DNA of 32,000 nt from Patescibacteria group bacterium (GCA_028713575.1 JAQTOB010000003.1:40350-72349), one strand, 5' to 3'. Positions 18,421 through 28,093 are shown, counted from the first letter of the stretch. A program made the numbers and translations. Notes: generated by a model from the letters alone, not told the origin.

Positions 18421-19362
18421 ATGAATAGCTCAAAACAAATTTCGGAAATTAGAAAAGATTATTTTTTAAATAGATATGTAATTATCACGCCGACAAGAAG
18501 CAAACGTCCAAGAGAGACTAAAATAATTCCCGCTTTTGAAAACAAAAAAATAAAAGATTGCCCCCTCTGTCCCGGACAAATAAAAAAAAATCTTATAATT
18601 AAAAGTTATCCTTCTTTTAAAAAACAACCCTGGTCAGTGATGGTTATAAAAAATAAATATCCAATCGTTTCTTTAACAAATCAAAAATCATATGGTCAAC
18701 ATGAAGTGGTTATAGAAACACCTGACCACAGCAAAGAACTTTCCCGTCTTAGTTTGAAAGAAATAATAAACCTTTTGAATGTATATCAAGATAGGACAAA
18801 AGAATTAAGTAAAATTAAAAAAATCAACTATATTTTAATTTTTAAAAACTATGGAGGAAAAGCCGGAGCGTCTTTAACTCACGCTCATTCCCAAATTTTT
18901 TGTTCAGAAGTTTTGCCGCCTGATTTAAGGGAAGAGTTTCAATTCATGCGTCAATATCAAAAGAAACACAAAACTTGCCCCTATTGTGATATTATTAGAA
19001 AAGAGGAAAAGGGCCCGCGAAAAATTTACAGCAACAAAGAAATGATTGCTATTGCTCCTTATTCTTCGGCTTATCATTATGAAACATGGATTTTCCCTCG
19101 CCGACATTTAGACAATATTGTTGATTTGAATAAAAAAGAAATAATTTCTTTAGCCATTTTTTTGAAAAAAATATTGACTAAATTGTTTAAAATAAATATT
19201 CCATATAATTTTTTTCTTCACCAGGTTATTTCTGAAAAAAATCAACATTTTTATTTAAAAATTCAACCCCGTGAATCAATTTGGGGAGGATTGGAATTGG
19301 GGTCAGGCCTGGTGGTCAATTCTTTGTCTCCAGAGAAGGCGGCAAGCTTTTTAAGAAAATAA
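18421..19362 (+). CDS. galT: Galactose-1-phosphate uridylyltransferase-like (GalT/HIT superfamily) nucleotidyltransferase
   Basis: CPLCPG zinc motif near the N-terminus, active-site HAHSQI (HxHxQ), second half-domain. 313 aa. Confidence 0.65.
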   Translation: MNSSKQISEIRKDYFLNRYVIITPTRSKRPRETKIIPAFENKKIKDCPLCPGQIKKNLIIKSYPSFKKQPWSVMVIKNKYPIVSLTNQKSYGQHEVVIETPDHSKELSRLSLKEIINLLNVYQDRTKELSKIKKINYILIFKNYGGKAGASLTHAHSQIFCSEVLPPDLREEFQFMRQYQKKHKTCPYCDIIRKEEKGPRKIYSNKEMIAIAPYSSAYHYETWIFPRRHLDNIVDLNKKEIISLAIFLKKILTKLFKINIPYNFFLHQVISEKNQHFYLKIQPRESIWGGLELGSGLVVNSLSPEKAASFLRK

Positions 19363-19372
19363 TTTATTAATT

Positions 19373-19876
19373 ATGGCAAATAAATTTTGGTCAAAAATAA
19401 CGGGTCTAAAAAACGACATTTTGGAAAAAGACGGAGAAGAGGTGATGGTTTTTTATCAAGAAAAAAAGAAAAAACAATCTTTTAAAAAAGAGTTTCCTAA
19501 ACAAAAAAGGGAGGAAAAAATGTTTCAAGAAGAGTGGTTGCCTGATTCGGCCCAGGGACAATTAGTGATTGATCTTTATGAAAGGACGGACGTCTTGGTG
19601 ATTAAATCGGCCATTGCCGGAGCAAAAACTAAGGATATTGATATTACGGTTGAACCAGATTTAGTGGTGGTCAAGGGGGAAAAGTTGAAAGACGAGGATA
19701 GTGGGGCGGGAAAATATTATTATCAAGAATGTTTTTGGGGAAAATTTTCCCGGACAATTATTCTTCCCTGTCCGATAAAACCAGAACAAGTAAGGGCTAA
19801 TTTCAAAAATGGAATTTTAACAATTATTTTGCCTAAAGCAGAAGAAAGGGAGAAGAGAGTGGAAATCAAAGAATAA
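19373..19876 (+). CDS. Small heat-shock protein (Hsp20/alpha-crystallin family)
   Basis: Alpha-crystallin domain: VIDLYERTDVLVIKSAIAG...DIDITVEPDLVVVKGEK...GKFSRTIILP...NGILTIILPK. Confidence 0.85.
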   Translation: MANKFWSKITGLKNDILEKDGEEVMVFYQEKKKKQSFKKEFPKQKREEKMFQEEWLPDSAQGQLVIDLYERTDVLVIKSAIAGAKTKDIDITVEPDLVVVKGEKLKDEDSGAGKYYYQECFWGKFSRTIILPCPIKPEQVRANFKNGILTIILPKAEEREKRVEIKE

Positions 19877-19886
19877 ATTCTAAAAG

Positions 19887-21755
19887 ATGAGGAAAAAGAA
19901 AACCCTAAAATATAGGTTTAGAATAATCATTTATTTAACAATAATTATTTTTTTGACGTATTATTTTGTTTTTCAAAAATTTTATGAATCAAAAGTTTTC
20001 CCCAGGACATATTGCGCTCAGGCCATAAAATTAAGCGGGATGAATTTTGAAGAAACAGAATTTTTAATAAAATCATTAACTGAAAGAATGGAAAAACAGG
20101 GATTTTCTTTCTCCGTTGAAACGGAATTGGGAGCAAAAAAAACCGTTATCAAACCGCAATTAATAAGTTTAACTGACCCAGATTTAAGTCGCCAATTAAT
20201 TCAATTTAACATCCAAGAAACATTAGATAAAATATTTGAGCCAAATCATCAAAGGGTCAAAAAAATAATCAATCCCTTTTTAAGCTTGGTCAGAAGCCGT
20301 CATGTAGATTTGGTTTTTAAAATGAATGAAGAGGAAATAAAAAGGATATTAGAAAATGAATTTAATGAATTTCAACATCCGGCTAAAAACGCTTTTTTCG
20401 TTGTTGAGTCGGGGATAATAAATTTAAAAGATGAACAGCCGGGATTTATTTTTGATTATCAAGAGGCAATTGGGGAATTAAAGAATAATTTGAAAAATTT
20501 TGAGAATCAAGAAATAAAAATAACAGTTATTCAAAAAGAGCCGGAAATAAAAGTTAAAGACGTGAATAAAGCATTTTTTCTGGCTCAAGAAATTTTTAAT
20601 TCAGCTCCTTATTATTTGTTTTATCAGGGGAAAAAATGGACAATTTTACAAGCAATAATTGGCGATTGGTTAAAGTTGGATGTTAATGAAATTGACGACA
20701 CAATAGGGGTTGATTTTGATCAAGAAAAAATAATAAATTTTTTTCAACCAATCGCCGAGGAAATCAACATCACACCCATTAATCAAAAGCTGGAAATAAA
20801 AGACGGGAAAGTGACGGAATTTCAGGTGGGTCGGTCAGGGTATGTTCTTAATCCAGTGGTTAATGCGGAAAAGATTACCCGGGAAATATTGGACGGAAAA
20901 AAGGAAATTAGTTTGCAAGTTGATGAAATAGGGCCGACGCCCTTATCAGATGATATTAACACCCTGGGGATTAAAGAATTGGTCGGCGAAGGAAGTTCTA
21001 ATTTTGCCGGTAGCCCCAAAAATCGCCGAATTAACATTAAATTAGGAGCGGAAAAATTACATGGATTATTAATTAAGCCGGACCAAGAATTTTCTTTAAT
21101 TGAAGCAATCGGTCCAGTAGACGAGGCGTCCGGGTTTTTGCCGGAATTGGTCATTAAGGGCGATCGAACCGTTGCCGAATATGGCGGTGGATTATGTCAG
21201 ATAGGAACAACTATGTTTCGTTTGGCCATTAATGCCGGACTCCCAATTACTGAAAGGTCTCCGCATTCTTATCGGGTTGTTTATTATGAACCGGCCGGCA
21301 TGGACGCTACCATTTATAATCCTCATCCTGATTTACGATTTATAAACGATACGGGCCATTATTTGCTTTTACAAACAGAAATAAAAGGAGATGACTTAAT
21401 TTTTAAATTTTTTGGCACATCTGATAACCGACAAGTTGAAACAACTAAACCGATAATTTCTAACATTACTTCTCCCGGTCCAGCTCAATATATTGAAACC
21501 ACGGAATTATTACCCGGGGAAAAAAGGAGAATAGAGTCGTCTCATTTTGGAGCTGACGCAGAATTTAAAAATATTATTACTTTTCCCAACGGGATTGTTC
21601 GGGAAGAAAACTGGAAAAGCCGTTATCGCCCTTGGCCCGAAGTTTGGTTGGTGGGCAAAAAAATAGAAGAGGAAGCGAGACCAGTTGAAACCGAGTCGGC
21701 CGTGATACCAGACCGGGAACAGGAAACGCTTGACGAAGTCGCACCTCATCAATAA
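19887..21755 (+). CDS. VanW-family membrane-anchored protein
   Basis: N-terminal TM helix. C-terminal VanW-like core GGGLCQIGTTMFRLAINAGLPITERSPHSYRVVYYEPAGMDATIY. Confidence 0.7.
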   Translation: MRKKKTLKYRFRIIIYLTIIIFLTYYFVFQKFYESKVFPRTYCAQAIKLSGMNFEETEFLIKSLTERMEKQGFSFSVETELGAKKTVIKPQLISLTDPDLSRQLIQFNIQETLDKIFEPNHQRVKKIINPFLSLVRSRHVDLVFKMNEEEIKRILENEFNEFQHPAKNAFFVVESGIINLKDEQPGFIFDYQEAIGELKNNLKNFENQEIKITVIQKEPEIKVKDVNKAFFLAQEIFNSAPYYLFYQGKKWTILQAIIGDWLKLDVNEIDDTIGVDFDQEKIINFFQPIAEEINITPINQKLEIKDGKVTEFQVGRSGYVLNPVVNAEKITREILDGKKEISLQVDEIGPTPLSDDINTLGIKELVGEGSSNFAGSPKNRRINIKLGAEKLHGLLIKPDQEFSLIEAIGPVDEASGFLPELVIKGDRTVAEYGGGLCQIGTTMFRLAINAGLPITERSPHSYRVVYYEPAGMDATIYNPHPDLRFINDTGHYLLLQTEIKGDDLIFKFFGTSDNRQVETTKPIISNITSPGPAQYIETTELLPGEKRRIESSHFGADAEFKNIITFPNGIVREENWKSRYRPWPEVWLVGKKIEEEARPVETESAVIPDREQETLDEVAPHQ

Positions 21756-21895
21756 GTAAAATAATTTTAATATTTTAAATCATCATTTTGATATTCGCAT
21801 TTTAAATTTTTATTATGAACCCCATTAGAATTTCTTGAATATAGGTTTTCTAACGGGAATATAAAAAAGAGCTAATCCATCTAATTTTTAACAGG

Positions 21896-23923
21896 ATGAA
21901 TATTACAGAATTAGCCAGAAGGCTAAAAATTACGCCCAATGAACTTAAAGAGGCTTTGCCCAAGCTGGGGTTTCATATCGGCCCTAGAGCCATTCAAATT
22001 CCAGACAAACAGGCATTGGCTGTAATGGAGATGTGGCAAAGAGAAAAAGAAAAAGAAAAAACTCTGGCTAAAATTAAAGAAAAAATATCTCAGGACTCAG
22101 GAGAAGACAAAAAACAAGATTTTCCGACGGTCACGGTTGAAATACCGGACAAGATACAGGTTTATCATCTGGCGGAAAAAATAAATTTACCTCTCCTTAA
22201 AGTGATGAACGAGCTGATGAAAAATGGGATTTTGGCCAGCGTCAACGAAAATTTGGACTATGAAATTGCTTCTATTATTGCAGAAAACCTTGGCGTGAAG
22301 GTGAGTCGAGGGGGAGAAAAAAAACAAACATCGGAAAGCTCAGTTAAAGATAGGGTAAAAAATGTTCTAAATCAGGAAGAAAAAAAAGATTTAGTTCAAC
22401 GGCCGCCGATCGTAGTGGTGATGGGGCATGTGGATCACGGCAAAAGTTCAATTCTTGACGCGATTAGAAAAACCAAAATGGTTGACCAGGAAAAAGGCGG
22501 CATTACCCAGCACATCGGCGCTTATCAAGTGGAAAAAAATAGCCGTTTTATCACTTTTATTGACACTCCCGGGCATGAGGCATTTAAGGCCATGAGAACT
22601 CGTGGTGGCGGGATGGCTGATATTGCCATTTTGGTAATTGCGGCCGATGATAAGTTACAGCCCCAGACCATGGAATCAATAAAAATTATTCAACAAGAAA
22701 AAATACCATTTATTGTTGCAATTAATAAAATAGATAGGCCGGAAGCGGACGCGGAGAGGATAAAAAAAGAATTGAGCCAAATTAATTTAATGGTTGAAGA
22801 TTGGGGAGGAAAGATCCCGTGCGTTTCTGTTTCTGCTAAGACTAAGCAAGGAATTGAAGAATTGTTGGAAACAATTATTCTGGTGGCAGAAATGGAAAAA
22901 GACAAATTAATCACAAATCCCCAGGGAATGCTGGCAGGAGTGGTGATTGAATCTCACATTGACAGAGGTTTTGGCCCGGTCGCCAGCATTATTGTTTATA
23001 ACGGAACCATGAAAAAGGGAGACAAGGTTGTTATTGGCCAGTCCTGCGGTTGTCTGAAATCCATTAAAGATCAGTATGGCAATCCGGTTTTTCAAACGAC
23101 TGCCGGTCAGCCGGTCCAAATTTATGGGTTGAAAGGTCTGCCACAAACCGGAGATTTAATTGAAGTGATTAATGATGACCATGAGTTTAAGAAAAAAATA
23201 AAACAAAGAGAAATTTCTTCTTTTAAAGAAAATGCCGCCGGCTGTTTTTGCGCAGAAGAAGATTCCTCGTCTGAGAATCAAAAGACAAAGTCCATAAATT
23301 TTATTATTCGGGCTGACGTTCTTGGTTCTTTAGAGGCCATTGTTCAATCTTTGGAGCAATTAGAGCATCCAGAGATAAAAATAAATATTTTAAAAAAAGA
23401 ATTAGGAAATTTAACAGAAACGGACGTAGATTTAGCCAAGGCTCCACAGGCCTGGCTGGTCGGGTTCAATGTGAATGTCAGTAATAGCGCTCGGCAACTG
23501 GCCGATGAATTCGGGCTGAGAGTAGATATTTATCGCGTTATTTATGATTTGATTGAAAACGTCAAGCAGGAGATGAATAAACTTTTATCCGTAGAAATTA
23601 TTGAGGAAAAAATCGGCGAAATTGAGGTTTTAAAGGTTTTTCAGCAAAAGGGCAAGGAAACCATTTTAGGCGGCCGACTCAAAGAAGGTAAGGCGATTAA
23701 GGATGCCATCATTAGAGTTTGGACCAAAACAACAGAACAGGATATGCAAAGAACAGAACTGAAAGGAGAGGGAAAGATTGTCCAGCTTCAAATTAATAAG
23801 AAAGATGTTAATGAAATTAAAACCGGCCCTGAATTTGGTTTAAAGTTTTTAGGCAAACCAAAAATTGAAGAAGGAGACAAGATGGAAGTGTATCAGGAAA
23901 TCAGAAAACAGAAGAAGATATAG
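21896..23923 (+). CDS. infB: Translation initiation factor IF-2
   Basis: G domain VVVMGHVDHGKSSILD, DTPGHEAF, NKID, plus conserved C-terminal domains. Confidence 0.95.
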   Translation: MNITELARRLKITPNELKEALPKLGFHIGPRAIQIPDKQALAVMEMWQREKEKEKTLAKIKEKISQDSGEDKKQDFPTVTVEIPDKIQVYHLAEKINLPLLKVMNELMKNGILASVNENLDYEIASIIAENLGVKVSRGGEKKQTSESSVKDRVKNVLNQEEKKDLVQRPPIVVVMGHVDHGKSSILDAIRKTKMVDQEKGGITQHIGAYQVEKNSRFITFIDTPGHEAFKAMRTRGGGMADIAILVIAADDKLQPQTMESIKIIQQEKIPFIVAINKIDRPEADAERIKKELSQINLMVEDWGGKIPCVSVSAKTKQGIEELLETIILVAEMEKDKLITNPQGMLAGVVIESHIDRGFGPVASIIVYNGTMKKGDKVVIGQSCGCLKSIKDQYGNPVFQTTAGQPVQIYGLKGLPQTGDLIEVINDDHEFKKKIKQREISSFKENAAGCFCAEEDSSSENQKTKSINFIIRADVLGSLEAIVQSLEQLEHPEIKINILKKELGNLTETDVDLAKAPQAWLVGFNVNVSNSARQLADEFGLRVDIYRVIYDLIENVKQEMNKLLSVEIIEEKIGEIEVLKVFQQKGKETILGGRLKEGKAIKDAIIRVWTKTTEQDMQRTELKGEGKIVQLQINKKDVNEIKTGPEFGLKFLGKPKIEEGDKMEVYQEIRKQKKI

Positions 23924-24019
23924 AAAAAACAATTATTTGAAAAACAAGAGTTGAAAAACTTTTGTTTTTCCTTGTGTTTGATATAATAAAATCAGAGATA
24001 AAATTTTTAAGGGGAAAAT

Positions 24020-24532
24020 ATGCGCAAAAAAATATTTATTCTAATCATTCTTCTTTTTCTGCCCTTGATTGTTCAGGCCCAGACGTCCGATTTATCTATT
24101 AGAACGATTAAGTGGCGGGAGTCGTTTGGGAAGAGGGATATTGAAAAAATAATTCTGAATAAGGAATACTTTTTTCTAAACGAGTCAGAGGCCAATTATC
24201 TATTTAAAAGCGAAATTGAAAAATTTAAAAATTCGTTGGTTAAAAATTCCAGAATCGTCTTTACGGACGGATTTTTTCATTTTCAAACGATTTTCACCAG
24301 GACTTTAAAAGGGAAAATATATGTTTTTGCCCGGCCATTGGAACATAAAATAGGAATAGATGTTTTACGGGCAGAATATTACGGCTTTAAAATTCCGGCC
24401 AGATGGGCAGAAAAAATAATCAATAATGAATTGGATAAATACTTTTCTTTTCTTTATCAGGCGAAAAATTATCAGTCAGCCAGATTAGTTGTTAAAGACA
24501 AGGCTGCCAGATTGGTCATAGAGTTTAAGTAA
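24020..24532 (+). CDS. Secreted hypothetical protein
   Basis: 170 aa with signal-peptide-like MRKKIFILIILLFLPLIVQAQ. No recognised domain. Confidence 0.5.
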   Translation: MRKKIFILIILLFLPLIVQAQTSDLSIRTIKWRESFGKRDIEKIILNKEYFFLNESEANYLFKSEIEKFKNSLVKNSRIVFTDGFFHFQTIFTRTLKGKIYVFARPLEHKIGIDVLRAEYYGFKIPARWAEKIINNELDKYFSFLYQAKNYQSARLVVKDKAARLVIEFK

Positions 24533-24570
24533 AAAATATATAAAAGAGACAACAAAATAAACGGGAAATT

Positions 24571-25176
24571 ATGAAAAAAACAGAAAAAATAATTATTATC
24601 GTTATTGTGACGGTTATTCTACTTGTCGTTGTTTTGTTTTTAGCGAAAAAACAAAAAAGCCCTTTTTCTATGGAGGAAAATAATTCGTCCGCGACCTTGA
24701 ATCAGGAATTGCAAGATAGGGATTTTTTGGGAGACGGATTCAGCGTTAAAATACCCAAAGGATGGAAGGAACAAGTTGCGCCGACTGGCGTTTCCCTGAT
24801 GACGGTTGACGTGACCAGCCTGGTTAATGATCAAAGAGCCAAACAGATAAATTTTCATCCCTATTACACAGTGGTTCTTGATTCTTTGGTTAACACCACC
24901 AGGGAGGAATACATAGCTAATATCAAAAGGGACATTGCCTTGGTCGCCCCGGGCATTGTTTTTAGTAATGAGAACGACTTGGAAATCAATGCCAATGAAG
25001 CCTGGGCCATGGAAGGAAATGTGACTCAGAAAGAGATAGAATTTAAGCTTTTGATGGTTTTTATTAAAGGCGGAGACAACGACCTCTGGGTACTTTCCTT
25101 TAACACCACTAAGGCGGACTGGGATAGGGACAGCGATGTATTTACTGAAATAGCGCAGAGTTTTTTAGTGAGATAA
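24571..25176 (+). CDS. Membrane-anchored hypothetical protein
   Basis: 201 aa with an N-terminal TM helix and a mixed alpha/beta-looking ectodomain. No recognised motif. Confidence 0.5.
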   Translation: MKKTEKIIIIVIVTVILLVVVLFLAKKQKSPFSMEENNSSATLNQELQDRDFLGDGFSVKIPKGWKEQVAPTGVSLMTVDVTSLVNDQRAKQINFHPYYTVVLDSLVNTTREEYIANIKRDIALVAPGIVFSNENDLEINANEAWAMEGNVTQKEIEFKLLMVFIKGGDNDLWVLSFNTTKADWDRDSDVFTEIAQSFLVR

Positions 25177-25617
25177 AAAGGGAAAAAGTCTAGAAACCCG
25201 GCGCGACCTGATTATTAGTTTGAATAAGTAAACTTTAGGTGATGGAGGGGTTCAATCCCTCCAGGACTTTTTATTCACCCCATTTACCTTACCCCGACCG
25301 ATGATTTTATCATCAACGGCAAAGTAATAGACGTGCTAAGCGTCTGAGGAACAATTTTTCTTTAAAGGAGTTATCCATAAGAAGATGATGTTTTGTTGAT
25401 ATCAACAAAACATCAATATATAATTTTCCAGGGCAATTTCTTGCAGGTCTGACCTGCAAGAGGCATTATAAGAAGTATTCATTAAAATCGCACCAAATTT
25501 GAATTTTGCTTCTAAAACGCTTTATTAATCAGTATTTTAGAGGCATGGTTTATGGGGTCAGACCCCAAGTCGATAATTATTGTAATCAGGGGCCGGAAAA
25601 GAAAATAATAATTTATT

Positions 25618-26469
25618 ATGATTTTTGAACATCAGTCAAAAAATAAGGAGATATTACTTTTTATATCCCTCATTGTTTTAATATTGGGTATTTTTGCATT
25701 TTTTTATTCACCAATCATTTTTCAAGAAGGCAATCCCTGGCCACAAATAAAAGGAATAGCCCAGTTAAGTTTTGGCAATAAAGATGTTGTAAAATTAGAT
25801 ATTGGGGAAAATAAATATATTACCAAAAGCAATAATTCAGAGATAATTAAGTCTTTTATGAAGGACAAGGGCTACGATTTTACGGAACAAATGGGCTCGG
25901 GCTATCTTTTTAAATCAAGCGCCGGAGCGAACGCCGTTGCTATTCATAGATATTATAGCCGTTATTATTCGCTTTGGAGTATTACTGAAAGTTTAAATAT
26001 TAACGAAATAAATAATAATTTATGGACAACAACTACCAATAACGATGGAATAACATTTCAATATCCAAAAGAATTATTGGCCAAATATATTAGTGTTGTT
26101 AAATGGCCGCCAACAGTCAAGATAGAGTCGGGCAGTTTTTCCTGCGTGGAAGTTCCGCAAGAAATAAGCAGTGTGTTTGAAATAACCAGTCAGAGAACAG
26201 TTGATAGCAGAATTTACTGTGTTAATGTTAAAAATGAGGGAGCGGCCGGAAGCGTTTATTTTTCTTACTTTTACACGACTTTTAGTGGAGGAAAATTGGT
26301 TTCAGTTAGTTTTGTTTTGCGTTATCCGAATTGTACTAATTACGGAGAAGAACAAAGCCAGGCCTGTACAAATGAACGAGAAGCCTTTGATCTTGACGCC
26401 GTGGTGGATCGCATAGTTCAAACCGTAAAATGGGATCCGGCTTTAAGTGAAGATATTTTAACTAACTAA
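25618..26469 (+). CDS. Membrane-anchored hypothetical protein
   Basis: 283 aa with an N-terminal TM helix (ILLFISLIVLILGIFAFF) and a Cys-containing ectodomain. No recognised motif. Confidence 0.5.
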   Translation: MIFEHQSKNKEILLFISLIVLILGIFAFFYSPIIFQEGNPWPQIKGIAQLSFGNKDVVKLDIGENKYITKSNNSEIIKSFMKDKGYDFTEQMGSGYLFKSSAGANAVAIHRYYSRYYSLWSITESLNINEINNNLWTTTTNNDGITFQYPKELLAKYISVVKWPPTVKIESGSFSCVEVPQEISSVFEITSQRTVDSRIYCVNVKNEGAAGSVYFSYFYTTFSGGKLVSVSFVLRYPNCTNYGEEQSQACTNEREAFDLDAVVDRIVQTVKWDPALSEDILTN

Positions 26470-26682
26470 ATATCTGAATGTTTGGCATTAAATTATCCAA
26501 GAGATAAGAGAAGACACAATAAGCCCTTAAAGCAGATAATTGATTTTAATTCCTGCGTCATGGCAAGATTTTCATATTAAAATTTAATTTAGGCCAGTGC
26601 CAAGCCAGAGGTCATGGGCAACCTCTTGCAATTCTGACCCGCAAGAACTGCAAGAAAATTATAAGAAGATAACATAGATATT

Positions 26683-26946
26683 ATGGAAAATAATATTCTC
26701 TTTACTCCTCAAAATTATGTTTTAGTGATTATTTTGATGTTGGCTTTAATCTGGTTTGTTTTGATTTTAGGAAGAAAGAAGATAGGAAAACCTCTTTCCA
26801 GACTAGCCATCTTCGCTTTTTTATTTGTTCTTGCCGGAATTATTCTGAATAATTATAAGCTAATTAGTTATTTTTTATCTGGTATCGGCGGGATTTTGGC
26901 GCTTATTGATATAAGAATAGAACAAAAAAAGAGATTAAAGCACTAA
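26683..26946 (+). CDS. Small two-helix membrane protein (hypothetical)
   Basis: 87 aa with two or three hydrophobic segments. Confidence 0.4.
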   Translation: MENNILFTPQNYVLVIILMLALIWFVLILGRKKIGKPLSRLAIFAFLFVLAGIILNNYKLISYFLSGIGGILALIDIRIEQKKRLKH

Positions 26947-27166
26947 AAAATACAATTTTGATATGAGCCGATGTAGAGGTGGGGCTGATACAGGGGTTGA
27001 ACCTCTACAAACAAAATGTTCGGCAGAAGGTGGACTTCTTGTAGGTCTGACCTGCAAGAAGTTTCTGTAAGAAGTTCTGCAAGAAGTTGTAATGGTCGCT
27101 TTTTTTGTTTTTGGTGGTATAATAAACGACAATAACAAATAAACTGCGGATTGAAATTATACAAAC

Positions 27167-28015
27167 ATGGATAAATTAGAAATGAAAAAAATAAAAAAAT
27201 TGCTGTTGAGTTTTATTATTGCTTTGGGCACTATTCTTGGCGTTATCGCCCTGATGGAATCCACTAACAGCAGTCTGTTAAAAAAGATTCTCGGCGGGTT
27301 GCTCATCGCGGTGGTTGCTTTGTTTGGAATTATTGGTTTAAATGAATCCGGTCCGGTTTCGGAAGATACAGCCGTTGTTGAGGTGGGGTCAGGCATTTCA
27401 GTCGTTACGGTTACTGGCGTTATTGATGGGGACACCATAGAAGTTGACGATGGGGTAGTTGTCCGCCTTATTGGTATTGACGCGCCGGAACAAGGAGAGT
27501 GCTATTATCGGGAGGCAAAAGAAATGATGAAAGAATTGGTTTTAGGAAAAGAAATAAGGTTAGAAAAAGATATTTCCGGGACGGATAATTTGGACCGGTT
27601 GCTTCGCTATGTGGTTTTACCCAGCGGAAACCAGTTGGCAGATGATACTTTTGTAAATAATTATATGGTTAGATACGGTTATGCGAGATTAATGACCATG
27701 GCACCGGACCATAAGTATCTTTCTCTATTGACCGCTTCCCGAGAACAGGCGATAAGCAATAAAGAAGGGATGTGGACGGATTGTCTTGACGAAATGCACA
27801 ATACGGAACTTGGAGAAATGGGCGACCAACCCCTTAACCCAAATTGTTTAATTAAAGGCAATATATCTTTGAAGGCCTATGGTAAAACGTATTTTACGCC
27901 AGATTGCTACAACTATAACCAAGTAAAAATAAAGTTTGACGAGGGAGAAAAATATTTTTGCACAGAACAGGAAGCATTAGAGGCGGGTTTTAGAAAATCA
28001 GACACCTGTCCTTAG
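27167..28015 (+). CDS. Membrane-anchored thermonuclease (SNase/micrococcal-nuclease family) with a Cys-rich C-terminal domain
   Basis: VIDGDTIEV...VRLIGIDAPE...RLLRYV is the SNase signature. N-terminal TM helices. C-terminal CLIKGNIS...YFTPDC..Y......FCTEQEALEAGFRKS module. Confidence 0.8.
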   Translation: MDKLEMKKIKKLLLSFIIALGTILGVIALMESTNSSLLKKILGGLLIAVVALFGIIGLNESGPVSEDTAVVEVGSGISVVTVTGVIDGDTIEVDDGVVVRLIGIDAPEQGECYYREAKEMMKELVLGKEIRLEKDISGTDNLDRLLRYVVLPSGNQLADDTFVNNYMVRYGYARLMTMAPDHKYLSLLTASREQAISNKEGMWTDCLDEMHNTELGEMGDQPLNPNCLIKGNISLKAYGKTYFTPDCYNYNQVKIKFDEGEKYFCTEQEALEAGFRKSDTCP

Positions 28016-28029
28016 GACGGATAATCGCC

Positions 28030-28057
28030 TTGCCTTTTAAAAAGACTGTGTTATAAT
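28030..28057 (+). promoter_or_regulatory. Candidate sigma70 promoter for rpsP
   Basis: TTGCCT, 16-nt spacer, TGtTATAAT (extended -10), ~36 nt upstream of the start codon. Confidence 0.45.
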
Positions 28058-28093
28058 ATTAAAATCACGTAATCTTTTAATAGTCATCAATTT

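Noticed and set aside
25241-25272. tRNA T-arm-like sequence GGAGGGGTTCAATCCCTCC as a tRNA gene or integration (att) scar
   Set aside because: No D arm or anticodon arm can be built upstream, the loop size is non-canonical, and no second copy exists in the window to define island ends. It may just be a terminator-like hairpin after gene 24571-25176.
26935-27164. Minus-strand ORFs 26935-27138 and 26943-27164
   Set aside because: They overlap each other in different frames and span the intergenic repeat/hairpin region. They have no start context or motifs. The region is better explained as regulatory DNA upstream of 27167.
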